58,716 bases of DNA from Candidatus Aphodosoma sp. (GCA_045653825.1 JAZOMI010000049.1:1-58716), one strand, 5' to 3'. Counted from the stretch's first letter, positions 9,210 through 17,962 are shown. Made by a program: numbers and translations. Notes: a model not told the origin generated them from the letters alone.

Positions 9210-10601
9210 TTAATGAAAATTAACTTTTTTATTGCAAATATATTTTTTTACTATTTTCTCAATTTTTTTCTTTGCCTCTTGAGAATCATCAAGTTGAATA
9301 TTTAATACTTTTTGTATAATAGATCGTCTATTATAATAGTATTTAGACGAAATATTTAGTAATTTGCACATAGTGTCTCTATCACAATCCATAAAAGCTA
9401 ACCAGATAATAGCTAAATCAGTATTTGTTAGTTTTGGATAATCTTCGTGTAAAGTTTGCAAATTTTCTTTTGCATCTATAAAGAGAGTTTCTCTATTTAA
9501 ATTATATCCTTTTTTATACTCTTCAAACAGAGTATTAAATCTTTCTTTACTCTTCATCACACTTTTTTCTAGTAAATTGATATTTTTTTTATAACGAATT
9601 ATAACAATAAAAGTTATAATTAGTCCCCCTATAACCAATAGTAAAGCAATATTATATATTCTCATAATCATCAATTTTCCTTTTTTATTTTCTAATTCAG
9701 CATTCAATAGATCATACTCTGCATTTATTGCACTAAGGCGTTGATTCATCATAAATTTCCATGTCTCTTCATTACTTTCGTAAGCTATTTCCCACCATTT
9801 ACAACTTTCTTTATATTCTCTATTTGCTGCCATTACTTTAGCATTACAGTAAAAATAGTCATTTTCAAAGTCTTTTCTTGATGCTAAATGTTGTATATAT
9901 TGTTTTGTACTATCAGGCATCTCTTTTCGTATATATGCATCAACCAATGTATATGCATATCCCACATAGTTTATTTTTTTATAATATGGTCGTACGTATT
10001 TTATAACACTATCGGCATCCATTTCTAGAGCATGATATTTTCCAAATAATGCTTTAGCCATAATTTTTTTGTTTTCATCAAAAAAACAAAGACTCTTATT
10101 TAAATAATATTGAGCTGTATCTCCTTTTGTTAACAGACTCAAATTCAGATACGAATAAGGTAATCGTCTTAGATTATTATATTCTAAATCTTTTTTTAAT
10201 GCTTTGTGTGCATAATTCAGTGCAAGAATAGTATCTGTAGTCATTGTATTTTTTACAATATATCCATATACAAACGAAGCTATAGAATCACAATATTGCA
10301 GATTTATTTCTGCTCGCTTTAAATGCATCATTGATTTATCATAATCACCATCAATGTATAATTTACAACCAATTAAAGCATTACATAAGCAAATTTTTCC
10401 TTTTTCTCCTTTTTTTTCATATAGAACAGCGCAATTTTCTAAAGCTTTGATATCTATACCATTATCGCTTTGTTGTCGTGCTGCCTCAAAAGCCCGCATT
10501 AATACATAATCATACTCAGGATCTAAAATTTCCTTTTTATCACACGAAACGATAGAAGCCAATAATATTATAGCTATTACTTTAAAAATTATTTTTCTCA
10601 T
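9210..10601 (-). CDS. membrane-anchored one-component regulator: lipoprotein signal, TPR-like sensor, TM helix, C-terminal LuxR/GerE-type HTH
   Basis: 463 aa. Lipobox LLASIVSC, one internal TM helix (IYNIALLLVIGGLIITFIVII), and C-terminal LTNTDLAIIWLAFMDCDRDTMCKLLNISSKYYYNRRSIIQKVL, which resembles a LuxR-type HTH. Confidence 0.5.
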   Translation of the reverse strand: MRKIIFKVIAIILLASIVSCDKKEILDPEYDYVLMRAFEAARQQSDNGIDIKALENCAVLYEKKGEKGKICLCNALIGCKLYIDGDYDKSMMHLKRAEINLQYCDSIASFVYGYIVKNTMTTDTILALNYAHKALKKDLEYNNLRRLPYSYLNLSLLTKGDTAQYYLNKSLCFFDENKKIMAKALFGKYHALEMDADSVIKYVRPYYKKINYVGYAYTLVDAYIRKEMPDSTKQYIQHLASRKDFENDYFYCNAKVMAANREYKESCKWWEIAYESNEETWKFMMNQRLSAINAEYDLLNAELENKKGKLMIMRIYNIALLLVIGGLIITFIVIIRYKKNINLLEKSVMKSKERFNTLFEEYKKGYNLNRETLFIDAKENLQTLHEDYPKLTNTDLAIIWLAFMDCDRDTMCKLLNISSKYYYNRRSIIQKVLNIQLDDSQEAKKKIEKIVKKYICNKKVNFH

Positions 10602-10770
10602 ATTTATAATAATTTTTCCCTAGATTTTTATTTTTACAAATTATATGAATTTCACAAATAAATTTGTATTTATTTATGGGTATAAAGAATTTCACTACAA
10701 AATTACTAAAATATTCATTAAAAAATCATTGTTTTATATTTACTAAAAGATTTTGTGATATATCATATTA

Positions 10771-10780
10771 CCCCCCCCCC
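10771..10780. repeat. C10 homopolymer in a divergent promoter region
   Basis: Ten consecutive C within otherwise very AT-rich intergenic DNA between 9210..10601 (-) and 10935..11354 (+). Confidence 0.95.
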
Positions 10781-10841
10781 ATGACAACACTTTGATTTAC
10801 AATAATATACAAATACACTCGATTTATTTAAAATAATATTT

Positions 10842-10853
10842 TGTGATATCACA
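10842..10853. promoter_or_regulatory. perfect 12-bp palindrome TGTGATATCACA (candidate regulator site)
   Basis: Exact palindrome. A related TTTTGTGATATATCA occurs at 10751-10765, next to the poly-C tract. Confidence 0.4.
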
Positions 10854-10934
10854 ATTTTGGCTAATTCAGATAAAGTCTCTAAATTTGTCATAGATATTTA
10901 ATCTATTTGTTAAATTTTTAAACTTGTTAAAATT

Positions 10935-11354
10935 ATGAAAAAGAAAATTCTTTTTGCAATAGGAGCAATATTGCTCTTTTGCAGTCTCATCTTTGCCCAA
11001 AATGAAGGAATCCCAGTAGAACTTAAACCTTACAATCCACCAAGTAAACCTCCATTTGGAAATATTACTCCTCCTAAAGACACATTTATTGATATACCAC
11101 CAGCTAGTATAATAGAACAAATTCTTTTTAACTGCTATCAAAATTCAACACATCTCACATTGCAATGCAACACAGATGAACGAGTAGAAGTGGTAATCTA
11201 CGAAATGCTTTCAGGCGTAAAACACACCTCTATTATTAATATGGTAGCTGGCGAAATATATACTATTGACACCCCATGGGACACTGGTCTCTACACTATC
11301 CGATTGACCCTCTCTAATGGAACAACCCTTGAAGGTGATTTCCAGATTAAATAA
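10935..11354 (+). CDS. small secreted protein (DUF3244-like)
   Basis: 139 aa with a signal peptide (MKKKILFAIGAILLFCSLIFAQ). The C-terminal GLYTIRLTLSNGTTLEGDFQIK resembles DUF3244 proteins from memory. Confidence 0.5.
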   Translation: MKKKILFAIGAILLFCSLIFAQNEGIPVELKPYNPPSKPPFGNITPPKDTFIDIPPASIIEQILFNCYQNSTHLTLQCNTDERVEVVIYEMLSGVKHTSIINMVAGEIYTIDTPWDTGLYTIRLTLSNGTTLEGDFQIK

Positions 11355-11408
11355 CCTTATATTAATATGAAAAATATTACAACAAATTAAATTTAACTTA
11401 AAAAACTT

Positions 11409-11573
11409 ATGAGTATGAACAATAAAATATATTTAGTAATCGTTTTTCTTCTAAGCTTAGGTCTCTTTTCTTGTTCAGATAAAACAAAAGAACATTCTAG
11501 TTTATTAGCAAATAATGATACGAGGAATATAATTACAGAAGATGGAGTTAGTATTTATGGGGGTAAAAACTAA
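11409..11573 (+). pseudogene. 5' stub of a lipoprotein gene, apparently truncated by the prophage insertion
   Basis: 54 codons (MSMNNKIYLVIVFLLSLGLFSC lipobox...DGVSIYGGKN*). The stop lies within the first bases of the prophage left end. It is too short for the ORF track. Confidence 0.45.
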
Positions 11574-11676
11574 ATGTACAAAAGTGTAGTTTGGGAATTG
11601 GGTTGGTAAGTGTTTGGTGGTGAGTTGGTTGTGTGGAGTTTTGTGGATTTGATTGGTGTAAACCAAATGTACAATT
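11566..11676 (+). repeat. prophage left-end transposase-binding-type sites
   Basis: AAAACTAAATGTACAAAA (11566-11583) and AAACCAAATGTACAATT (11660-11676) are exact reverse complements of the two right-end sites. Confidence 0.8.
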
Positions 11677-11679
11677 TAT

Positions 11680-11771
11680 TTTACTTTGCTTTACTTTTGG
11701 TTTACATTTTGATGGGGGTTGTGGGATGGTTTTTTGCGTTTGGTTTACTTTGCTTTACTTTTGGTTTACAT
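11680..11771 (+). repeat. two copies of a 28-bp direct repeat, each containing a TACTTTTG -7-like box
   Basis: TTTACTTTGCTTTACTTTTGGTTTACAT occurs at 11680-11707 and 11744-11771. The TAnnTTTG matches are at 11692-11699 and 11756-11763. Confidence 0.75.
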
Positions 11772-12067
11772 GGGTTGTCTTTTGTGGTTTAATGCGATTA
11801 GTTGGTGGGGTGATTATTGGTGCGTCATGAGGCAGGATGATGTAGTGTGAGTTTGTGATTAATGAGGTTGAATGTATGCGCTATATGGTTGTAAATGAGA
11901 TTTGTAAATTGATATGCAAGGTGTAGATGTGGTGGTATTATTGAGCTGGTGAGAATTGGCGAAATGATGCAATATATGTGGATGAGATGGATGCTAATGA
12001 TGGTGAATATGATGCGAAATGTATGCTGAAATATAAGCTAAAAATAGACTAAAAATGGGCTAAAAAA

Positions 12068-12105
12068 AGAGCCGATGGACGTTGTGTCTGTCGGCTCTTT
12101 TTTTT
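12068..12105 (+). terminator. intrinsic terminator (A-tract, 8-bp stem, T-tract)
   Basis: AGAGCCGA (12068-12075) pairs with TCGGCTCT (12091-12098) and is followed by a T run. Confidence 0.65.
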
Positions 12106-12401
12106 GGTGTTTTTTTGGTGTTTTTTGGGTGTTTTGGAGGTTGGGTTTGCAGTTGGGATTGCAGTTGGGATTGCAAAAAGTGGTTTGAAAAGTGGCGTAT
12201 AAATACCCCATTAAGGCATTTTTTGAGTAGTTAACCCACGAAAATGGGGTTATATGATACCCTGTGAAATGGGTGTGAAATGGGATAAAATAGGCTTTTG
12301 GGGGGTTATAAATACCCCTATATGCCACGTATTTTGGTGGTTTATAGTGAGTTATGGAAAAATGGTGTGTTTTTTGGTGTTTTTTGGTGGTTTTGGATAG
12401 C

Positions 12402-12439
12402 AAAAAAGCGCGATCGGGAGAGGGATTGCGCTTTTTTTT
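12402..12439 (-). terminator. bidirectional terminator downstream of the repressor gene
   Basis: A6, then a 7-bp stem (12408-12414 / 12425-12431, one G-T pair), then T8. Lies 19 nt past the repressor stop. Confidence 0.6.
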
Positions 12440-12457
12440 GTGAGGAGATGATAGATG

Positions 12458-13177
12458 TTATTTGACAAATACCGCTCCAGAGCTGTATGTTTTGACAACG
12501 TAGCCGAGGATTTGCCATAGCGCGCGTATGTTGGCGGTTGGGATAACGAGGGGTTCGTGGATGAGGCGGCCGTCGGGGTGGGTGGCAGTGTTGGATGAGT
12601 AAGCCACAATGGTGTCGGGCGTGGCGCCAGTTTGGAGACGTTTGGTGATGCGGAACTCGTCGGTTTCGATGCAGTAGTTGGTGCCCCAGACGATTTGGCG
12701 TACGTCTTCGACACGGCGAAGGACGAGGATGCAACCACTTGGGTATTCGAGCATAGAGTCGCCATAGTGGCGAATGGCAGCGGTGGCGTTGTTGAACCAG
12801 TCGCCAGCGTCGAGCCACTCGTTGGTGGGCATATTGCCATCGACAACGGCGGCGATGGAGTTGGTGCCACCGATGGTCATCACATCGTCGAAGAAAGGGA
12901 TGAGGCGTTTGTCGTGGGGCTTGTTTGGGTCGAAATTTTCGGTTGTAGTAACGAATTTTGCCTCTTTTTTGAGCATCTCTCCCTCACCAGTTAGCAACCA
13001 TTCTGGCGAAATTTCGGAAAAAATAGATAATATATTACCTAATGTATTTGAATTTATAGGTGTTTTTTTATTACTTCCTGTAAAATTTCCGTATGTTAAC
13101 CCTATTTTTTCGCAAAATTCAACCTTTCCAATTCCCTTATATTCTGCAATTTGCAAAATTCTTTCTTTAATATACAT
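12458..13177 (-). CDS. phage repressor, XRE-type HTH plus S24 LexA/CI-like autopeptidase domain
   Basis: 239 aa with an N-terminal HTH (IAEYKGIGKVEFCEKIGLTYGNF) and C-terminal YGDSMLEYPSGCILVLRRV...ITKRL (S24 Ser/Lys motifs). Divergent from the early operon. Confidence 0.85.
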   Translation of the reverse strand: MYIKERILQIAEYKGIGKVEFCEKIGLTYGNFTGSNKKTPINSNTLGNILSIFSEISPEWLLTGEGEMLKKEAKFVTTTENFDPNKPHDKRLIPFFDDVMTIGGTNSIAAVVDGNMPTNEWLDAGDWFNNATAAIRHYGDSMLEYPSGCILVLRRVEDVRQIVWGTNYCIETDEFRITKRLQTGATPDTIVAYSSNTATHPDGRLIHEPLVIPTANIRALWQILGYVVKTYSSGAVFVK

Positions 13178-13280
13178 AAAATATTACTCAAAATGTTTGG
13201 TGGATAGAAAATAAATTAGTTAATTTGCAGCGCAGTTAAGAATGTAACCACGTGCAAATATACTAAAAAAAAGTGAGACT

Positions 13281-13466
13281 ATGAAGAAAAAGCATGGAAT
13301 TCTACTATCATCGGGCGAGAAAAATCGCTTAGCGGCGGCAATGAACGTGAGTCGGATGACGGTGTATAGGGCGTTGACGTTCCAGCGCAACACGCCACTA
13401 GCGGAGCGAATACGATTCACGGCAGTGAAGCACTTTGGAGGAGTTGAAGTAGGGAATAATTCATAA
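13281..13466 (+). CDS. small HTH protein in the Ner/Cro position
   Basis: 61 aa, with LAAAMNVSRMTVYRAL as an HTH. First gene of the rightward early operon, opposite the repressor. Confidence 0.6.
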   Translation: MKKKHGILLSSGEKNRLAAAMNVSRMTVYRALTFQRNTPLAERIRFTAVKHFGGVEVGNNS

Positions 13467-13889
13467 TGCACAATGCATAATGCACAATTATTAACCCCCT
13501 CCCCCTTTGGATAAGACAGTGAAGAGGCTGCATGAACTGAAGGTCGCACAAGATAAATAGACAGAATGAGGTCTAATGAAATCGTATGTTGCACAGGATA
13601 AATGTAGGGAATGAGCCTACAACGGAGGTTGCACATAGGCAATGCCTATTGTAGCGGACAAATCGCCAACTCGCCCTGTGTTCACGGTCTGATAGTCTGG
13701 GACTCGCCTTGTGTACTGCGTTGGAATCTGGGAACTCGCCCGAAGGGAGGATTTTTTTAACAACACCGAGATAAAGCTGACAGAATGAGGTCGGCACACT
13801 TTGACTTTAGAAATTGATTGTGGAATTTGGCACTCGCCTCGGTGTTTTTTTTGATGACAATTTAAACAACAATTAAACAATATTTAATT

Positions 13890-14084
13890 ATGAGTGAAAA
13901 GGGTTATACAATCGTACAATTGGTTTTGGCATCTTGCGTATTGGGATGCTCAACCGTGTCGCTCGTTGGAGCAATCGTGGTGCATGGGTTTCAGACCTGG
14001 CAGTTGGCAAATCTTACGTTCGTTGTGTTGTCGGCAGTGATGATGAAGTGGGCGGTTGAGGAGTACAGGGAAGCGAGGAAATAA
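13890..14084 (+). CDS. small two-TM membrane protein
   Basis: 64 aa with two hydrophobic helices. No family recognised. Confidence 0.5.
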   Translation: MSEKGYTIVQLVLASCVLGCSTVSLVGAIVVHGFQTWQLANLTFVVLSAVMMKWAVEEYREARK

Positions 14085-14163
14085 TGCATAATGCATAATG
14101 CACAATGCACAATTCACAATTCACAATGCACAATTCATAATTCATAATTCATAATTCATAATT
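14083..14163. repeat. heptamer-word array (AATGCAT/AATGCAC/AATTCAC/AATTCAT)
   Basis: About 11 tandem 7-nt words fill the spacer before the AAA+ gene. Confidence 0.85.
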
Positions 14164-14166
14164 ACT

Positions 14167-15048
14167 ATGTTAACAGAAGAACAAAAACAGAGAATAGCCG
14201 AAGCGATGGTGTTGCGCCGTGAGATGTTTGCGGGCACGGATTCGCAATGGGCATTGTCGTTGGGCATCAATGCCTCGGTATATAATCGCATCAAGCGCGG
14301 TGAGCGCGAGCGCGTGTTGGCAGATGCGAAATGGATAACGATAGCACGCTTGTTGGAGGTGGAGCTGTCGACAGCTTCGCCATGGAACACAGCACGCACG
14401 GCGGTGTTTGTCAGCGTGACGGCGCAGTTGCAGTTTTGCCAAGAGAACTCGTCGTGGGCGATACTATGCGACGAAGCTGGTATTGGGAAGACCTATGCAG
14501 CACGCTACTACTCGCGCACGAACAAGAATGTGGTGTATGTGGATTGTTCGCAACACAAGACTCGTCGCCGCCTCATGATAGAGATAGCACGAGCGCTGGG
14601 CGTTGACACCCACGGGACGTATTACGAAGTGTTTGACGACTTGCGCTACTACATCAAGACGATAGACCATCCACTGATTATTCTCGACGAAGCAGGCGAT
14701 CTGCGCTATGAGGCGTTTTTGGAAGTGAAGGCGTTGTGGAATGCGGTGGAGAACTGTTGCGGTATCTACATGCTCGGCGCTGATGGACTACGAGCAAAGA
14801 TAGAGCGAGGCATCAACTGCAGGAAGGTGGGTTTTGTGGAGCTCTTCGACCGTCAGGGGGCACGCTTCCAGCGCATCACGCCCGAAGGCCGAGAGGCACG
14901 CCAAGAGTTTCATGCTGCACAAGCAGCTGCTGTGATACGCGCCAATGCACCAGCCGACACCGACATACGAGCCATGCTTGCCGCTACTGACTGCCGACTT
15001 AGGAGGATATATATTGAGGTGAAGAAAAGAATGAGGAATGAGGAGTGA
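14167..15048 (+). CDS. MuB/TniB-like AAA+ ATPase with N-terminal HTH (transposition target-selection type)
   Basis: 293 aa with Walker A DEAGIGKT, Walker B LIILDEAG, and an N-terminal HTH-like WALSLGINASVYNRIKRG. Adjacent to the DDE transposase. Confidence 0.7.
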   Translation: MLTEEQKQRIAEAMVLRREMFAGTDSQWALSLGINASVYNRIKRGERERVLADAKWITIARLLEVELSTASPWNTARTAVFVSVTAQLQFCQENSSWAILCDEAGIGKTYAARYYSRTNKNVVYVDCSQHKTRRRLMIEIARALGVDTHGTYYEVFDDLRYYIKTIDHPLIILDEAGDLRYEAFLEVKALWNAVENCCGIYMLGADGLRAKIERGINCRKVGFVELFDRQGARFQRITPEGREARQEFHAAQAAAVIRANAPADTDIRAMLAATDCRLRRIYIEVKKRMRNEE

Positions 15049-15129
15049 GGAGTTAGGAGTTAGGAATTACCTCTAATCTCTAATCTCTAACCTCTAACCT
15101 ATAACCTTTCAACTTTCAACTTTTAACTG
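15046..15129. repeat. heptamer-word array (AGGAGTT then CTCTAAT/CTCTAAC/TCAACTT words)
   Basis: Purine-type words follow the stop; pyrimidine-type words precede the next ATG. Confidence 0.85.
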
Positions 15130-17136
15130 ATGGAGTATTACAATAACATATTATGCTTGACTTATGACGAGATGCTTGAGTTGATGCCAAAGGGCACGCT
15201 TGGGTCGTTGTGTTCGCGGGGCAAGGTGGAGCGTGTTCGCCGAGCGAGCTATGAGCGTAGTGCGTTGTATTCATTGGACAATGCTCCGCAACGAATAAGG
15301 ATTATGGCATACGAGCGATTTCCCGAACTGAACGAAGCAGCGACGAGCCGAGATGCGCTGGAGGGGTATGGATTGATGGAGCGCGAGATGCTCCCCGACA
15401 TGGCAGCGGTTGAGTATTACGCCAGCTACATCACTCCGATGGGCGAGCACTTGACCGACACGAAGCAAGCCGAGTATGTGAACAATGCGATGATACTGAA
15501 TGCGTGCACACGGTTGTGGCAACGGTCGTACTCGCAACATGCACGTCAGGGGCGAGCGCGTCAGATGCCAGCGAAGGGCGAGTTTTGGGAGCGCACAGCT
15601 CGCGCCTTGCCACGCTTGGCAGAGCGATGGCCACACTCGTTGCCGATGAACGCTCGTAGATTGCAGACGAAGCACAAGGAGTATCAGCATGTAGGGTATG
15701 CCTCGTTGGTGAATGGTCGCTTCGGCAACAGCAATTCGCGCAAAGTGACGGCAGAGATAGAGCAGCTCATCATGTCGATATATTCGACATCGGGCAAGCG
15801 ATTCGTGACAGAGACATTGGCCGTGTATGAGCAATGGTTGGCTGGCAAGATAGAGATAGTGAACCAAGCGACAGGCGAACTGTTCGACCGCACAGGTGCG
15901 CCGAAGATAACCGAATCTACAGTGCACAACGTGGTGAACACGCCACAGAACCGTCGCATAGCCGACCTCCGACGCAACGACACGCTCTACAACAAGTCGC
16001 ACCACACGCCACACGTTGTGCGCCATGCGCCACAATACGCATTCTCGAAAATATCGATGGACGACCGCGACCTCACACGCAAGACCACGGCAGGCGAGCG
16101 CATATCTGCCTACTATGCTTACGATGTAGCAAGTGGATGTGTGATAGCTGCAGCCTATAGCAAGCAGAAAGACATGGAGCTTGTGTTGGAGTGTTTCCGC
16201 GACATGTTTCGTTTCATCACACGGCACAACCTACGCATGCCGTACGAAGTGGAGGTAGAGCACCACTTGATGAACAACATTAAGGAAGAGCTTGAGGTGA
16301 TGTTTCCAGCCGTGAGGTTCTGCCAAGCGGGTAACTCGCAAGAGAAGCGAGCCGAGCACCTGAACCGAGCGAAGAAATACTCAGCCGAGAAGCAGCTTGG
16401 GCAAGTGGTCGGTCGATGGTGGGCACGATCGGAGGCATATCGCGAGCGGTCGGAGCGTGTGGGTGCCGAATACAAAGAGCAACGATTGCCGTACAGCAAG
16501 TTGGTAGCCGAAGACCTCGAGGCGATAGCACTCTACAATTCGCAATGCAAGCCAGGCGAAACACGCTCGAGACTCGAGGTGCTGCTCACCACCCAGAACC
16601 CAAACCTACAAGAGGTGAACCGAGCCGTGATAATGCGCTCGATAGGCCACCGAACCGAAACCACATTGCGCCGCTCGCAATACGTACAAGTGCAATATGC
16701 GCGCTACCAATTGCCCGACCCAACGATGATAAGCCGTTTTCGCGAAGGGAACAGTTGCACCGCCTATTGGCTCGAAGCCGACGATGGCACAATACCGAGC
16801 GTGATACTCTACCAAGGCGACCGCTTCATAGCCGAATGCAAGAAGATGACCACCTTCAACGAGTCGATAGCCGAGCGCACAGCCGAAGATGAAGCAGCAA
16901 TGACCGAGCAACTGAAGTATGTAGCCCAATACCACAAGATGAACCGCCTCGGACGCGAAGAGAAGATACGCAACCTTAGCATCATCGACAACGCACAGGT
17001 GGAAGAAGCAATAGCCAAGGCGAGCGACGAAGAGGTAGTAATGCAACCCCTCCCACCTGACGACCCATATCACATTGCATCGATCGACACCACCGATGAC
17101 GGCGATTGGCTCGAAAGAGCGATAAAAAGTTTGTAA
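15130..17136 (+). CDS. Mu-like DDE transposase
   Basis: 668 aa (MuA-like size) with an rve-type core signature ISMDDRDLTRKTTAGERISAYYAYDVASGCVIAA. Context next to the AAA+ gene and inside the inverted end sites. Confidence 0.75.
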   Translation: MEYYNNILCLTYDEMLELMPKGTLGSLCSRGKVERVRRASYERSALYSLDNAPQRIRIMAYERFPELNEAATSRDALEGYGLMEREMLPDMAAVEYYASYITPMGEHLTDTKQAEYVNNAMILNACTRLWQRSYSQHARQGRARQMPAKGEFWERTARALPRLAERWPHSLPMNARRLQTKHKEYQHVGYASLVNGRFGNSNSRKVTAEIEQLIMSIYSTSGKRFVTETLAVYEQWLAGKIEIVNQATGELFDRTGAPKITESTVHNVVNTPQNRRIADLRRNDTLYNKSHHTPHVVRHAPQYAFSKISMDDRDLTRKTTAGERISAYYAYDVASGCVIAAAYSKQKDMELVLECFRDMFRFITRHNLRMPYEVEVEHHLMNNIKEELEVMFPAVRFCQAGNSQEKRAEHLNRAKKYSAEKQLGQVVGRWWARSEAYRERSERVGAEYKEQRLPYSKLVAEDLEAIALYNSQCKPGETRSRLEVLLTTQNPNLQEVNRAVIMRSIGHRTETTLRRSQYVQVQYARYQLPDPTMISRFREGNSCTAYWLEADDGTIPSVILYQGDRFIAECKKMTTFNESIAERTAEDEAAMTEQLKYVAQYHKMNRLGREEKIRNLSIIDNAQVEEAIAKASDEEVVMQPLPPDDPYHIASIDTTDDGDWLERAIKSL

Positions 17137-17250
17137 CAATGCACAATGCAGAATGCAGAATTAGGAATTGAGAATTAAGAATTGAGAATTGAGAATTTAG
17201 AATTGAGAATTAAGAATTGAGAATTGAGAATTGAGAATTAACTTTCAACT
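17137..17250. repeat. heptamer-word array (AATGCAC, AATGCAG, ~12 x GAGAATT-type words)
   Basis: Long uninterrupted period-7 array. Confidence 0.9.
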
Positions 17251-17877
17251 ATGATAATAACAAATAGCAATATACAGCGTACGCGTCATGAAGTGATGGC
17301 GTTTGAGGGCGAATGGCTTGCGTCGTTTGGCACGCCGTCGCCCCATGGCACATGGATCATCTATGGGATGTCGGGTTCGGGCAAGACCACATTTGCGCTA
17401 CGCTTGGCAAAATACTTGACTCAGTTTGGCCGAGTGGTGTATTGGTCGTTGGAGCAAGGCAATACCCTCTCGTTTCAGCGAGCATGGCAGCGCGAGCACA
17501 TGGCCGAGGCAGGCAGTGGCGTGATAGTAGCCGACGACGAAGAGACCACCGACACGATAGCCGAACTGATGTGTGCCCGCAGAGGGCGTCAGATAGTGAT
17601 TATCGACTCGCTCACGCCACTGAGGGCATTGCAGTTTGACATTCGCGCCTACGAGCGTTGGCGCAAGCGGATGAAAGGCAAACTGCTGATATTCCTCTCG
17701 CACGAGCGACAAGGAGTGCCCGACAGCTCGGTAGGCGACTACATCTATAAACTCGCCGACCTGAAGATGCGAGTAGAAGGCTACCGAGTGATGACCAACA
17801 CCCGCGCAGGCGAATCGCTTGCCGACTACACCATTTGGAAAGAAGGTGCCGACCAATATTGGTTGGAGAACATTTGA
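17251..17877 (+). CDS. RecA/KaiC-like P-loop ATPase, function unknown
   Basis: 208 aa with Walker A GMSGSGKT and Walker B-like IVIIDSL. Confidence 0.55.
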   Translation: MIITNSNIQRTRHEVMAFEGEWLASFGTPSPHGTWIIYGMSGSGKTTFALRLAKYLTQFGRVVYWSLEQGNTLSFQRAWQREHMAEAGSGVIVADDEETTDTIAELMCARRGRQIVIIDSLTPLRALQFDIRAYERWRKRMKGKLLIFLSHERQGVPDSSVGDYIYKLADLKMRVEGYRVMTNTRAGESLADYTIWKEGADQYWLENI

Positions 17878-17962
17878 ACAATGCACAATACATAATGCAC
17901 AATGCACAATCTTTCACCTATAACCTTTCACCTATAACCTATAACCTCTAACCTCTAAATTT

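Noticed and set aside
11610-11830. Two overlapping 60-65 aa hydrophobic ORFs in the GT-rich prophage left end.
   Set aside because: G/V/W/F/L-rich translations are the automatic result of GT-only sequence. The two frames overlap, and neither has a supporting promoter-to-start arrangement. The region is treated as noncoding, although a tiny membrane peptide cannot be excluded.
12038-12870. Minus-strand P/T/H/K-rich ORFs (12038..12403, 12342..12818, 12352..12870).
   Set aside because: The first is a translation of CA-rich noncoding sequence. The others are alternative frames of the well-supported repressor gene 12458..13177.
14083-17250. Possibility that the short tandem repeat arrays are CRISPR arrays.
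   Set aside because: The period is 7 nt with no unique spacers and no 25-40 nt repeats. No cas genes are present in the window.
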